The notes under the pieces were generated by a model. The model was not told the origin of the DNA, made no database searches, and saw only the letters and a program-made list of their open reading frames with translations. Of a stretch of DNA of 64,000 bases, positions 38,101 through 46,668 are shown piece after piece. Each line of letters begins with the position of its first letter. Within the stretch, counting starts at the first letter, position 1. The position numbers and the translations under genes were made by a program. Where the stretch lies: positions 1 through 64,000 of IMG/VR virus record IMGVR_UViG_3300001335_000583; one strand, 5' to 3'. This stretch comes from a virus. Lineage: Duplodnaviria > Caudoviricetes.

Positions 38101-39972
38101 CTGATTCACTCTTTTAACCACGGTGGCATACATGGTAAAATCTTTCCTGAAGTTCTGATAAAACTGACTTCTCAGGGGCTCCTTTTTAATGGTATCCAGT
38201 ATAGTGTTAAGCCACGGATTAGAGCCTTTTCTTTCTTCCAGTATACTCTCCATCTCTTCAATAGATTCTGCATCTTTAACCCACTCCAGGATACTGTTTA
38301 CAGCTATTCCTGCATCTACAAAGGTTTTAAAGCCAAATCCATATTTATCCAATACAGGATTTCCATCCTGATCTATAACTGCCAGAGTTTCAAATACTCT
38401 TCGTATCTCACGGCTTAGACTGTTTTTTACAGAGACATGCCTGGCCTCTACTTTAACAGGGCCCCTGTCTTTATTTTCATTCTCATCAGTTTCATTCTGT
38501 TGATGCAGATCTTCAAATTCCAAGGTCTTGATATCTTCTAAATCCTTGGCAGTAACATAATCTAAACCCAGTCCTTCCAAAGAGATCAACATGGAGTAAC
38601 CCACCTCTTGTAAAGCTTGCCAATTTTCAGCAGCTACACTGAGTTTTTGCAAAGCTTCAAAATCCTCGATATCAGTTCTGTTTTCAGGACTGTAAAATGT
38701 TTCCTTTATATAGTTAAAGAAATCCTGTATCCCTATAGTCTCTATAATCTCTGTCCTGCTCTTGGTAGTAAAGTTTTCAGGATACTTATCCCCAAAGTAA
38801 TATTGACTCTTCGCGGGATCTCTTTGCAATTCATTAAGCATGTGAGAGATCTGTTTCATCATGTAGTTACCCAGGAAGGACCTCTCTTCTGCAGTCAAGG
38901 CTTTGTTGGCTCCATATAAGGAGTTTCCTTGAGCTTCAATATTTTTATCTGTATTTTCTACCGACTCTTCCGTTTTAGGAGAAGAAGCAGAGGTAGTTTT
39001 TGTATAAACATCTCTAATGGCTTGTTTCCCTTGTTCATTTATCCCTCTGGTACCAATACCAGCAAAATTTTTAGTTAATGTAGGAGTACTAGTTTCAATA
39101 AAGGCGTTGTTTTGCCAGGTGAACCACTTACCTTGAATTTGATCAAATACATATACAGGCTTATTTTCTGCAATAGCCATGTGTACTGCCCATCCAGTAC
39201 CTCCATTCACTTTGTTATCCGTGATAGAACTTATAGCAAAAACTGCGTCAGAGTTTTTAACCTGCCACCAGTTTCTTCTAAGTAAATTATCTACATATTC
39301 TTTAGATGTAGGAAATTTTCTGCCTAAAGTTTTATTAGCAGCATTTAGTTTTTCATCGGCCTCATTTTTAAGACTAACAGGAATAGCAGTATTACCACTT
39401 GGAGTTTTAAATCCTTCAAAATAGTAATGCTTATTATTTACCATTCCAAATTCTTTACCTATTTTATCCCACACGGTGTCTGCCCCTATAGCTCCTCCAG
39501 AATGATTTGTATAATCTTTTACGGAGTTGTCTTGACCTGTGCTTTGGGATTGTAACGGGCCAACAGAGTTTGTTCCTAATTTAGGTTCAGCCACTCTTAC
39601 CAGATATTGCCCAGATGTATTTGACTCATACATGATAACAGCGTCCTTACCAAAGTCCTTGATGGCTTCATTCTTTACAGCGGTAGCTACATTTTCACTC
39701 AAGGAAGTTTCAGCCAGGTTTTTATAATCTCTTTCCCAGACTGTTTGGGCATCTTTTAAAGTCTTTTGAGAAGAAAAAAGATTAGCAGTAGGGCTACTTA
39801 TCTTAAAATAGTTATTTAAATGGGCTATAAAATTCTAATCCTTAGGGTCATAATCCTCCACCCCCTTGGTATCATACCACACTTTAATGGCATTCTCCAT
39901 TATCCCTGAAGAAGCCTTGTATTTATCCTGTAAATTCTTAAAGTCTTCACTACTAGTTACAACACAAACCAT
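32101..39972 (-). CDS. virion-packaged two-barrel RNA polymerase, 2623 aa (TAG=Gln)
   Basis: Eight track ORFs share one frame, 9 TAG. FQKRFAQVHSPG, TDAQGY, GYRIPTEDKYSM, catalytic GSDFDIDK, GIFANNN, SVDAVKDP. ATG 39970-39972, TGA 32101-32103. Confidence 0.9.
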
Positions 39973-40008
39973 AGTATTTTATTTTTTCTTGATTATACAA
40001 TTAATACG

Positions 40009-40039
40009 CTAAAGTAAGTATTTATCTTTTAATGGGCAA
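40009..40039 (-). promoter_or_regulatory. Bacteroidota-type promoter (TTG-N20-TACTTTAG) for the vRNAP gene
   Basis: Same 20-nt spacing as the other three promoters, one mismatch in the -7 box, located below a terminator. Confidence 0.5.
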
Positions 40040-40091
40040 TATAATAAGTAGAATCGTTAGGATGATGTAACAACCTTATTACTCACGGAAT

Positions 40092-40133
40092 AAAAAAAGG
40101 GGCAAGGGAAGATGTAACTCTTCTCCCTGCCCC
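40092..40133 (-). terminator. intrinsic terminator ending the replication/accessory transcript
   Basis: Minus strand GGGGCAGGGAGAAGA...TCTTCCCTTGCCCC followed by T7. Confidence 0.8.
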
Positions 40134-40231
40134 AAAGGTATTACTGTATTAACCTGTATCGTGTTTCCTGTAATAGCAGATAATTATAGATTATCTCTTT
40201 ACCCTGTCAATAGGAGTCAGGTAAGAGGGAT

Positions 40232-40471
40232 TTAATTAATTACTACAGCATTACAATCCACTTTATTTATATTTTTTTCACCCATGTACCCTACAATTTC
40301 AAAAAAACTATCAATAGAAAGGTCTTCAACTTGGGCTATTTGGGGGTAGAAAAATACTTTATTATACTCGTTAGCTCCATCATTACTTGCGTATATAACC
40401 GGAAAGTCTAAAATAGCGGGATTTTCCTTAACCATGTTATTTAAAGCATCTAAATAAGATTTTAATGTCAT
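40232..40471 (-). CDS. hypothetical protein
   Basis: 79-aa ORF, ATG/TAA, co-oriented in the operon. Confidence 0.6.
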   Translation of the reverse strand: MTLKSYLDALNNMVKENPAILDFPVIYASNDGANEYNKVFFYPQIAQVEDLSIDSFFEIVGYMGEKNINKVDCNAVVIN

Positions 40472-40476
40472 AACTT

Positions 40477-40746
40477 TTAATCTACAAGTTCTTTTAACTT
40501 TTCTTCCATAAATTTCTCAATCTCATCAAAAAACTCCCCATCCCACTCTCTGTTCTTGTTGAGTTTTTCAAATTCATCCGTGAGATCTTCTGCCAATTGC
40601 CACAGGGCACCCGTCCCATCACTACTTCGTAGCGTTTCAACCACTCCACCTGGATTATTGTTGATATCCCCAGTCATATAACTAACCACTTCGAAGTGAG
40701 TTTCCTGCCAACAGGGGAAACCATTGGGAAAATGTTTTTCTGTCAT
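40477..40746 (-). CDS. hypothetical phage protein
   Basis: 89 aa, WQETHFEVV...LTDEFE. ATGA overlap with the upstream gene. Confidence 0.65.
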   Translation of the reverse strand: MTEKHFPNGFPCWQETHFEVVSYMTGDINNNPGGVVETLRSSDGTGALWQLAEDLTDEFEKLNKNREWDGEFFDEIEKFMEEKLKELVD

Positions 40747-41414
40747 ATTAAATTCCAGTTAATTCTTTTGCATTGTACTACTCTATCTGCAGAATATTTC
40801 TTATATAATTCATAACCAAGCATAACCCTTTTAATATAGTTATCTCTTAGTTCATCAAACATTCCTTCAGGAGCAAGATTTAAAAAGCTTTGAAAGTTCA
40901 ATAGAGCTTTGCTGGCCTCTTCAATATTCCTTTCCTTATAAGCATCCTCTCCAATACTTAAAAGTATCTGCTCGAAACTTACTTCACCAAGTTCAATGAA
41001 CCTTTTCCAAGCACTTGCCCATTGTTCTTTTGGTTTTAAAGGAATACCCAAAGTAATACCATTTACACGTACTTCAGCAGTCCCTTCGATGTCTTTAAAA
41101 TCTACACTTCCTGAGATACTCCAACTGGTACTTCTATCAAATGTAGACATTCCAAACATCTCTCCTTTAAATACAAAAAACCTTCTTTTATCCCATTGAC
41201 CATAAGCTCCGGAAGAATCAACATACCAGCTATGTTCATATCCTGTAACTTTAAACACGGACCAAGAATGGCTTGTATAGAATTGAATAAATTCTTTACC
41301 AATAGCCCATTTACCTATTCTATCGTAGTTATCACTAAGCTCTTTCCAGGTATTATCTTCTTTTTCTTTTTTCAACTTTTCCAGTTGAGCTTCTAATTTT
41401 TGTATATCATTCAT
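40743..41414 (-). CDS. hypothetical protein
   Basis: 223-aa ORF, AT-rich, overlap-coupled. Confidence 0.65.
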   Translation of the reverse strand: MNDIQKLEAQLEKLKKEKEDNTWKELSDNYDRIGKWAIGKEFIQFYTSHSWSVFKVTGYEHSWYVDSSGAYGQWDKRRFFVFKGEMFGMSTFDRSTSWSISGSVDFKDIEGTAEVRVNGITLGIPLKPKEQWASAWKRFIELGEVSFEQILLSIGEDAYKERNIEEASKALLNFQSFLNLAPEGMFDELRDNYIKRVMLGYELYKKYSADRVVQCKRINWNLI

Positions 41415-41435
41415 GAATAATCTTTTGTTAGCCCT

Positions 41436-41720
41436 TTATTCCGATTGAACTGTATTATCCCAAATCATTTCTACATCACTACCATCGCCTTTATATATCT
41501 CGATGGTAGGTTGATTTCCATTTTCAATGGGTTTCAGAAATTTTTCAGTATCATATAAAGGTTCGCATTGTCCTATTTCAATATCTGAATCTAATAGATC
41601 ATATAAATCAGCAGGTGTTAAACCTTCTTTTAATTTTCGCCTTATCTTAAATAAAGCTTCTTCTGACCATATAGGTATTCTAAACCATATAGTAGCCTTG
41701 TAATCTAAATAGTTATCCAT
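41436..41720 (-). CDS. hypothetical protein
   Basis: 94-aa ORF, tight spacing. Confidence 0.6.
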   Translation of the reverse strand: MDNYLDYKATIWFRIPIWSEEALFKIRRKLKEGLTPADLYDLLDSDIEIGQCEPLYDTEKFLKPIENGNQPTIEIYKGDGSDVEMIWDNTVQSE

Positions 41721-41723
41721 AAA

Positions 41724-42869
41724 TTATACATTTTCAATTAAATATCTGTATTGTATCCAGCCGCGGAAATTATTACACCAACCATATTGAGAATAATCTC
41801 GTCTTGAAAACCCGTTAGATATACTAACAGTATATTCATTTTCAGACATGGCTCTGGCACAATGCTCGAAGGGACTCATATGACCATTAACTAAAAGTTG
41901 ATCATGTAACTGAATATCTTTTGCATAATCAATTGCACTATCAAAAGTTAGATAAGAAAGTCTGGCACACCTAGCTGTTGCTATCCATACTTTTACTCGT
42001 TCACCGTCTTGCCAAGACAGTACAGGAATTTTTAATTTACTACAAGTTTTTGTAAGTAACTTTGTATCAAATTGATCTCCAAAAGGTATATGCCATTCCC
42101 CAGCTTCTAACTCTTTAGGTTTACTCTCATTCATTGTATCCCACATGCTTTCAGCAAGAGCTTGAATATGAATTTCTGCCTGAGATTTATTAATAGACAT
42201 CCTTTCCTCTATGGTATTTAAAGTTTTAGGAAAAGTACCAAGATTAGCATTTAATAAATCTTTCCATGATTTAAAAATTTCACCTTTGTATGTACATTGA
42301 GGACATCGAAGTTTAAAAAAGTTATCAAATTCTGTTGCAGTTACCAAAGCTGTATGCCACATAAAAGGTTCCAAAAGACGGTTACAAAGTTGTTTGGTAA
42401 CACCAAATCCATACAGAATAATAGCACTTGCTACTACCATGTCCTTGATCTTAAGCCACCAGCCAACAACGGTCAGAGGAGAATTAGAATTAAACAAGTC
42501 TGACACGTACCTGTCAAATAATTCAAGCATCTGACTTCTATCTTCATTCTCAAATCCTTCCAAGAACTGGGCTTTAATAGCTGAATGAATCTCTTCCCAA
42601 ACATATTTTTTGTTGGGATCCAAGTACTCAGTACCCTGCATTCTTCTATGGTCCTTCTGCCAGGCAATGGGAATAAAAGGATCTTCCTCTACCATTTTTA
42701 CCATCTTTTCAAAAGGAATAGCCCTACTAGATGCAGAGTTTCTGGAAAATACTCTATGTGTATTTAACTCAGCCAGAATAAATCTTGGAAAGGTCAGGAG
42801 CATAGTTGTAATTCTATGCCCCTGTGGTGAAATACTATCTGCTACTATTTTTGCTTTAATTTTTTTCAT
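41724..42869 (-). CDS. thyX: flavin-dependent thymidylate synthase (Thy1/ThyX family)
   Basis: ELNTHRVFSRNSASSRAIP, TKQLCNRLLEPF, ARCARLSY, HMSPFEH. Confidence 0.8.
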   Translation of the reverse strand: MKKIKAKIVADSISPQGHRITTMLLTFPRFILAELNTHRVFSRNSASSRAIPFEKMVKMVEEDPFIPIAWQKDHRRMQGTEYLDPNKKYVWEEIHSAIKAQFLEGFENEDRSQMLELFDRYVSDLFNSNSPLTVVGWWLKIKDMVVASAIILYGFGVTKQLCNRLLEPFMWHTALVTATEFDNFFKLRCPQCTYKGEIFKSWKDLLNANLGTFPKTLNTIEERMSINKSQAEIHIQALAESMWDTMNESKPKELEAGEWHIPFGDQFDTKLLTKTCSKLKIPVLSWQDGERVKVWIATARCARLSYLTFDSAIDYAKDIQLHDQLLVNGHMSPFEHCARAMSENEYTVSISNGFSRRDYSQYGWCNNFRGWIQYRYLIENV

Positions 42870-42995
42870 ATTATTTTTATTTTTATTTCAATATTATTAC
42901 CGCTTATATTTGATAAAATGTAACCAAGAGCACTCTATTTTTTCCTCATGCGCCTTGATTTCTTCTTATAATTGCGTTTACACTTGTTTATCATC

Positions 42996-43658
42996 CACAA
43001 TACTTCTCATTATTTAATCAATACAATATAATCCTCCCCAACATATCTACCTATAAGGTCAAATGATATGCCTTTAGGTAAATATTGCTTTCTTAAATGC
43101 CTTACGACACCTTTAATACTCCTGATATGAGCAGTATTTGTGCTATGTGGATAATAAGTATTAGTACTTGACCATGTTTTGGTTTCCTCATTATACACAA
43201 AATTGCCATTACTCTGTAACCACCATTTTATTTTACCCCCGTAAGGTTTTGAATGTATAGGGAATTTAGTTTTTTTACCACGTTTTATTGTGATTTTTCT
43301 ATTTTGTTTAAAATTAGCTGGTGGTTTTGCGGTTAAATCAATACCTTGAAAATAATTATATGATTCTTTATTATAAACAGACTTTAATCTATCTAAAACA
43401 AATTCAACTTTGCAGTTTTGAATTAAATAAATATCAAGCCAAGTTGGAGTATTCATAATTGGAATTTCACCATTTTTAAAGTCTTTTTCTTCACAATTCC
43501 ATACCCTATCACCGATACATACAGTAAATCCATCAAAAAAAGTTAATTTCTGAGTATCAGCCCAATCTTTAAATTCTTTGTAATCTTTATAAGAATCTGT
43601 ATAGGTTTTATCAATCTCTGCCATAATTATATGTTGTTTTATTCACAATACTTCTCAT
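42996..43658. repeat. 15-bp direct repeat CACAATACTTCTCAT at 42996-43010 and 43644-43658
   Basis: Two identical copies read directly, sitting at both boundaries of the 43010..43624 gene. Confidence 0.8.
43010..43624 (-). CDS. hypothetical protein in a cassette flanked by 15-bp direct repeats
   Basis: 204-aa AT-rich ORF, ATG/TAA. Confidence 0.7.
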   Translation of the reverse strand: MAEIDKTYTDSYKDYKEFKDWADTQKLTFFDGFTVCIGDRVWNCEEKDFKNGEIPIMNTPTWLDIYLIQNCKVEFVLDRLKSVYNKESYNYFQGIDLTAKPPANFKQNRKITIKRGKKTKFPIHSKPYGGKIKWWLQSNGNFVYNEETKTWSSTNTYYPHSTNTAHIRSIKGVVRHLRKQYLPKGISFDLIGRYVGEDYIVLIK

Positions 43659-43828
43659 CGTCCAGCAGCATCCCCGGTATCTTCATCCATCTTCTTCTCA
43701 AGTAGCACCTGTATAGCCACCTTAATAGCCTTCCCGATCTCCCTAGGTGTACAGGTTAAATCGTTAGCAAATCCACGCCTCCAATAGTTGTAGGTGCGGC
43801 GAATCGTTAGTGCTTCGGTTGGGGTCAT
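43655..43828 (-). CDS. hypothetical protein, 57 aa
   Basis: MTPTEALTIRRTYNYWRRG... ATGA overlap with the stop at 43825 favours this start over the track start at 43876. Confidence 0.55.
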   Translation of the reverse strand: MTPTEALTIRRTYNYWRRGFANDLTCTPREIGKAIKVAIQVLLEKKMDEDTGDAAGR

Positions 43829-44313
43829 AGGTTTAGTTTTTCCTTTATCTGTCGCTCCACATTGGATTTCGCCCAATATTCAGAGCGGGATGACTCAATC
43901 GCCTCCAATATCTGCTTCCGGCTGTAGACCGGTTTGTTTTCACTGATCCATGATTCAGCGGCCTCTACGGTGGAGAATACTTTTAGAATCTCGCCAAGAT
44001 CGTTATTAAAGGAACCCCAAGATATTTTACGTAATTTATATGTCTTGGGATGTACAACGTATACATATGCCCAGTCATAAAATACTTCCACACCATCCTC
44101 GGTGGTAAATAGCGGCTTTTTATCCACGATCTCCTCCTCCCAAAAGTCAGGGTTGTTCTCAACTTCCCAAGCTGGTATTATATGTATATTATCCCCATAA
44201 AACACATAATTTCTTATTTTCTTGTCATACTCAAGAACTATCTCCCTGGCTATTCAATCCTTCGGCAGTCCGGGGTACCATTGTATTAATTTATAACTTT
44301 TATTATCACTCAT
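43825..44313 (-). pseudogene. phage hypothetical gene with one in-frame TGA (44254-44256)
   Basis: MSDNKSYKLIQWYPGLPKD*IARE...VENNPDFWEEEIVDKKPLFTTEDGV. The N-terminal YKLI..YPG.P motif is in frame with track ORF 43825..44205. Confidence 0.55.
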
Positions 44314-45250
44314 ATCTTTCATAATATTTAAATTCTTTTATAATAAAATCTTCTGGTTTTGTTGTGAAATTAGCCGAGTGAACGGCATTGTTCATTATAA
44401 CATTTATAGGTTCAGGGGATAACCCCGTTTTCATGATCCCGGTAAAATAACCGTCAATATAGAACTTGTACTTATCTGGGGATATTACAACAGCAAATTC
44501 ATGTTCAGATTGAAGGTTCTTTGCTTTCAATTGTGTCCCAGAGCCATCAGTCGCATACTTCCCGTATTCAAATCCATAGTGCAGAGTATGCCCAAACTTT
44601 CCATTGTTTAAAAGTTCCATTATATCCACTTCAGGCGTGATAGCATCTTGGCCGATAAAAACATAGTCTTCTGAATATCTTGCGTGATCATGGTCTTTTA
44701 TTATTAATACTCTACTAATAGAATCATAACTATGCACTCTTCCCAAATATTGATTATATTGATCATACACCCACATGTTAGGCGTGAGGTTATACATGGG
44801 TACTTCCATTAGATATAACTCATCAGGATTAACACCATATACTCGACACTTGAATCTTGTTTCACTAGGGCAGTATCTTTTTCTGAGCATCCAAAGTGCA
44901 GAAAAAGAGTTTTCAGGTACAATAGCTTTCCATACCCATGTGCCATAAGCAGGGAACATATCGTGATATTCTACCCACCCTATCTTCCAGCTGCATTGTT
45001 GCCATCTGTCCCAATGAAACCTGTTCTCATCAGTGGCTTGCACTTTCAGATGTAGACCATCTTCTTTTATCTCAACACAGTCTTTTGAACAGTAACTGTG
45101 TCCAGCATAGAAATTATTTTCTACGATTGAGAATTGAGGATTGTCAAAGTTCTCTTTCCAGTCGGGGACTGGAGGAAACTGAATAGGTTTAATGCACTTC
45201 TGGAAGTGATTATACCTAAGTGCTAATAATCTATTTTGAATTGTTCTCAT
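44306..45250 (-). CDS. glycoside hydrolase family 16-like (ConA-fold) protein
   Basis: YGTW...P..FSALWM, catalytic ExDxxE (EVDIME), HTLHYG, HEFAV...FYIDG, PINVIMN. Confidence 0.7.
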   Translation of the reverse strand: MRTIQNRLLALRYNHFQKCIKPIQFPPVPDWKENFDNPQFSIVENNFYAGHSYCSKDCVEIKEDGLHLKVQATDENRFHWDRWQQCSWKIGWVEYHDMFPAYGTWVWKAIVPENSFSALWMLRKRYCPSETRFKCRVYGVNPDELYLMEVPMYNLTPNMWVYDQYNQYLGRVHSYDSISRVLIIKDHDHARYSEDYVFIGQDAITPEVDIMELLNNGKFGHTLHYGFEYGKYATDGSGTQLKAKNLQSEHEFAVVISPDKYKFYIDGYFTGIMKTGLSPEPINVIMNNAVHSANFTTKPEDFIIKEFKYYERYE

Positions 45251-45614
45251 TGTACCATTTAATAAATTCCACTAGTGCAAGCCATACTGCTTTTATTTTA
45301 GTCCTTTTTGTATCTGTTAAATAAATCATAGGTTCCCATTTTGACAATCTGCTATTTCTTTGTTCTATATAAACAGTGTCTTTTATAATAATCATTCTAA
45401 AATAAAAATTATCTCCTGTCTTTAGAGGAGTACTTAAATTCTCAATCTTCTCCACAACTGGCATTAACCAATCCCAAGAAGAATCATAAGCAAGACAGTC
45501 TGCCTTATAGCACTCTGCTTCATGGTCAGGAATATACATTTGATCTTCTTTTTGAAAACCACCCATAAACTCTGCTATGAGCTTATTTCCTTCAATTATT
45601 TCTTGTTCTTGCAT
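45231..45614 (-). CDS. hypothetical phage protein (ends at TAG; TAA 7 codons later)
   Basis: NKLIAEFMG...YDSSWDWLMPVVEKIE motif of a common phage family. Confidence 0.7.
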   Translation of the reverse strand: MQEQEIIEGNKLIAEFMGGFQKEDQMYIPDHEAECYKADCLAYDSSWDWLMPVVEKIENLSTPLKTGDNFYFRMIIIKDTVYIEQRNSRLSKWEPMIYLTDTKRTKIKAVWLALVEFIKWYNENNSK

Positions 45615-45949
45615 AACTCTGTTGCTTTTAAAATTGCTTCTTCAATTCCGTCAAATTCAATATCAATTCCTTCATTACCTGTAAAATTATCTTGAGATTG
45701 AAACCAAATTCCAGAATAATCAGAAAATATTTGAAACTCTAATGCTGGGTAATAAAAGCTAAGTTTTTTGAATAAAAATGACCATGCCTGTTGCCAGAGT
45801 GGGGCACCAAATGCTCTATTTCCTGCATCTACTTGATCTGGAATTACAATATTTTCTGTATAATAACACCAATATCCAAAACATTCTTCATCAAACCCCA
45901 GCTCTTTTAGAGCTAAGGCTATTTCATACGTTACAAATTGATTTTTCAT
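45596..45949 (-). CDS. hypothetical phage protein
   Basis: FVTYEIALALKELGFDEEC...APLWQQA motif of a common phage family. Confidence 0.7.
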   Translation of the reverse strand: MKNQFVTYEIALALKELGFDEECFGYWCYYTENIVIPDQVDAGNRAFGAPLWQQAWSFLFKKLSFYYPALEFQIFSDYSGIWFQSQDNFTGNEGIDIEFDGIEEAILKATELCKNKK

Positions 45950-46496
45950 TTATTAATTCTTTTATTTTGTGGTAACTAACAGGTTTATAGTCCCAAGCAT
46001 CAACCCCAATATCATACCTGTAAGGGTGCGGGGGTACTTTATCTGTAGTGGTGCTATTTGGTCCTGAATGTACATGGCCATGCAGGTGGATATACCCACT
46101 TCTCCAGTACATGAGTGGGTAATGACACAGTAAGACAGGTTTGACATCTTTAGGTAAGATATAGTACATATCCTGCACATCTGCAAAGATGGATTTAAAT
46201 ACTTCCCTGTCTAACCTGTTCTGATAGTCATGGTTTCCCAGGGTCAGGTATATCCTCCCATTTAACCGACCCACTACGTGTTTTATCCAATCAATTTTAC
46301 CTGTCCAGATCAAATCTCCCCCATGAAATACAATACCATCTTCAGGTACTACATCATTCCAGTTTTGAATTAATGCTTCATCATGTATCTTAATATCTCC
46401 CCAGGGTCTGGAACAAAATTCTAAGATATTAGCATGGTGGAAGTGTGTATCTGATGTAAAAAATATATTATCTATATTATCAGTCTTAAATATCAT
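45924..46496 (-). CDS. calcineurin-like metallophosphoesterase
   Basis: SDTHFHH, GGDL, GNHD, CHYP, HLHGHVH. Confidence 0.85.
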   Translation of the reverse strand: MIFKTDNIDNIFFTSDTHFHHANILEFCSRPWGDIKIHDEALIQNWNDVVPEDGIVFHGGDLIWTGKIDWIKHVVGRLNGRIYLTLGNHDYQNRLDREVFKSIFADVQDMYYILPKDVKPVLLCHYPLMYWRSGYIHLHGHVHSGPNSTTTDKVPPHPYRYDIGVDAWDYKPVSYHKIKELINEKSICNV

Positions 46497-46498
46497 TT

Positions 46499-46639
46499 TT
46501 ATCGTATTAATCTGGGTTTATCAAAAAAGAATTGAAACGTTAAAAGGGGTATATCAAAGGTGAGATACCTCCTTCCTTCATAGTTTTTACCTATTGCTAC
46601 TGTAAATCCAAACTGAGTAGCTGTCCATACATAAAACAT
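46499..46639 (-). CDS. small hypothetical protein, 46 aa
   Basis: MFYVWTATQFGFTVAIGKNY...FDKPRLIR fills the gap between kinase and phosphoesterase. Confidence 0.35.
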   Translation of the reverse strand: MFYVWTATQFGFTVAIGKNYEGRRYLTFDIPLLTFQFFFDKPRLIR

Positions 46640-46668
46640 CCTGTTGCTTTTTAAAATTTTCATAGCCT

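Noticed and set aside
1168-39702. Treating the many short track ORFs as separate genes or as a decayed prophage
   Set aside because: Fragments are in one frame, separated only by TAG, never by TAA/TGA or frameshifts, and conserved motifs span the TAGs
42870-43009. Small gene between thyX and the repeat-flanked cassette
   Set aside because: All frames are short or stop-riddled (MRSIVDDKQV*; MINKCKRNYKKKSRRMRKK*). At most a remnant.
44254-44256. Genome-wide TGA=Trp recoding
   Set aside because: TGA ends many genes with ATGA-coupled downstream starts (e.g. 40743, 53351, 57102, 58277). Only one internal TGA was found.
45924-46496. Metallophosphoesterase as an anti-CBASS nuclease
   Set aside because: Only generic calcineurin-like motifs. 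Known Acb1 is a 2H phosphoesterase, and nothing in the sequence supports this role.
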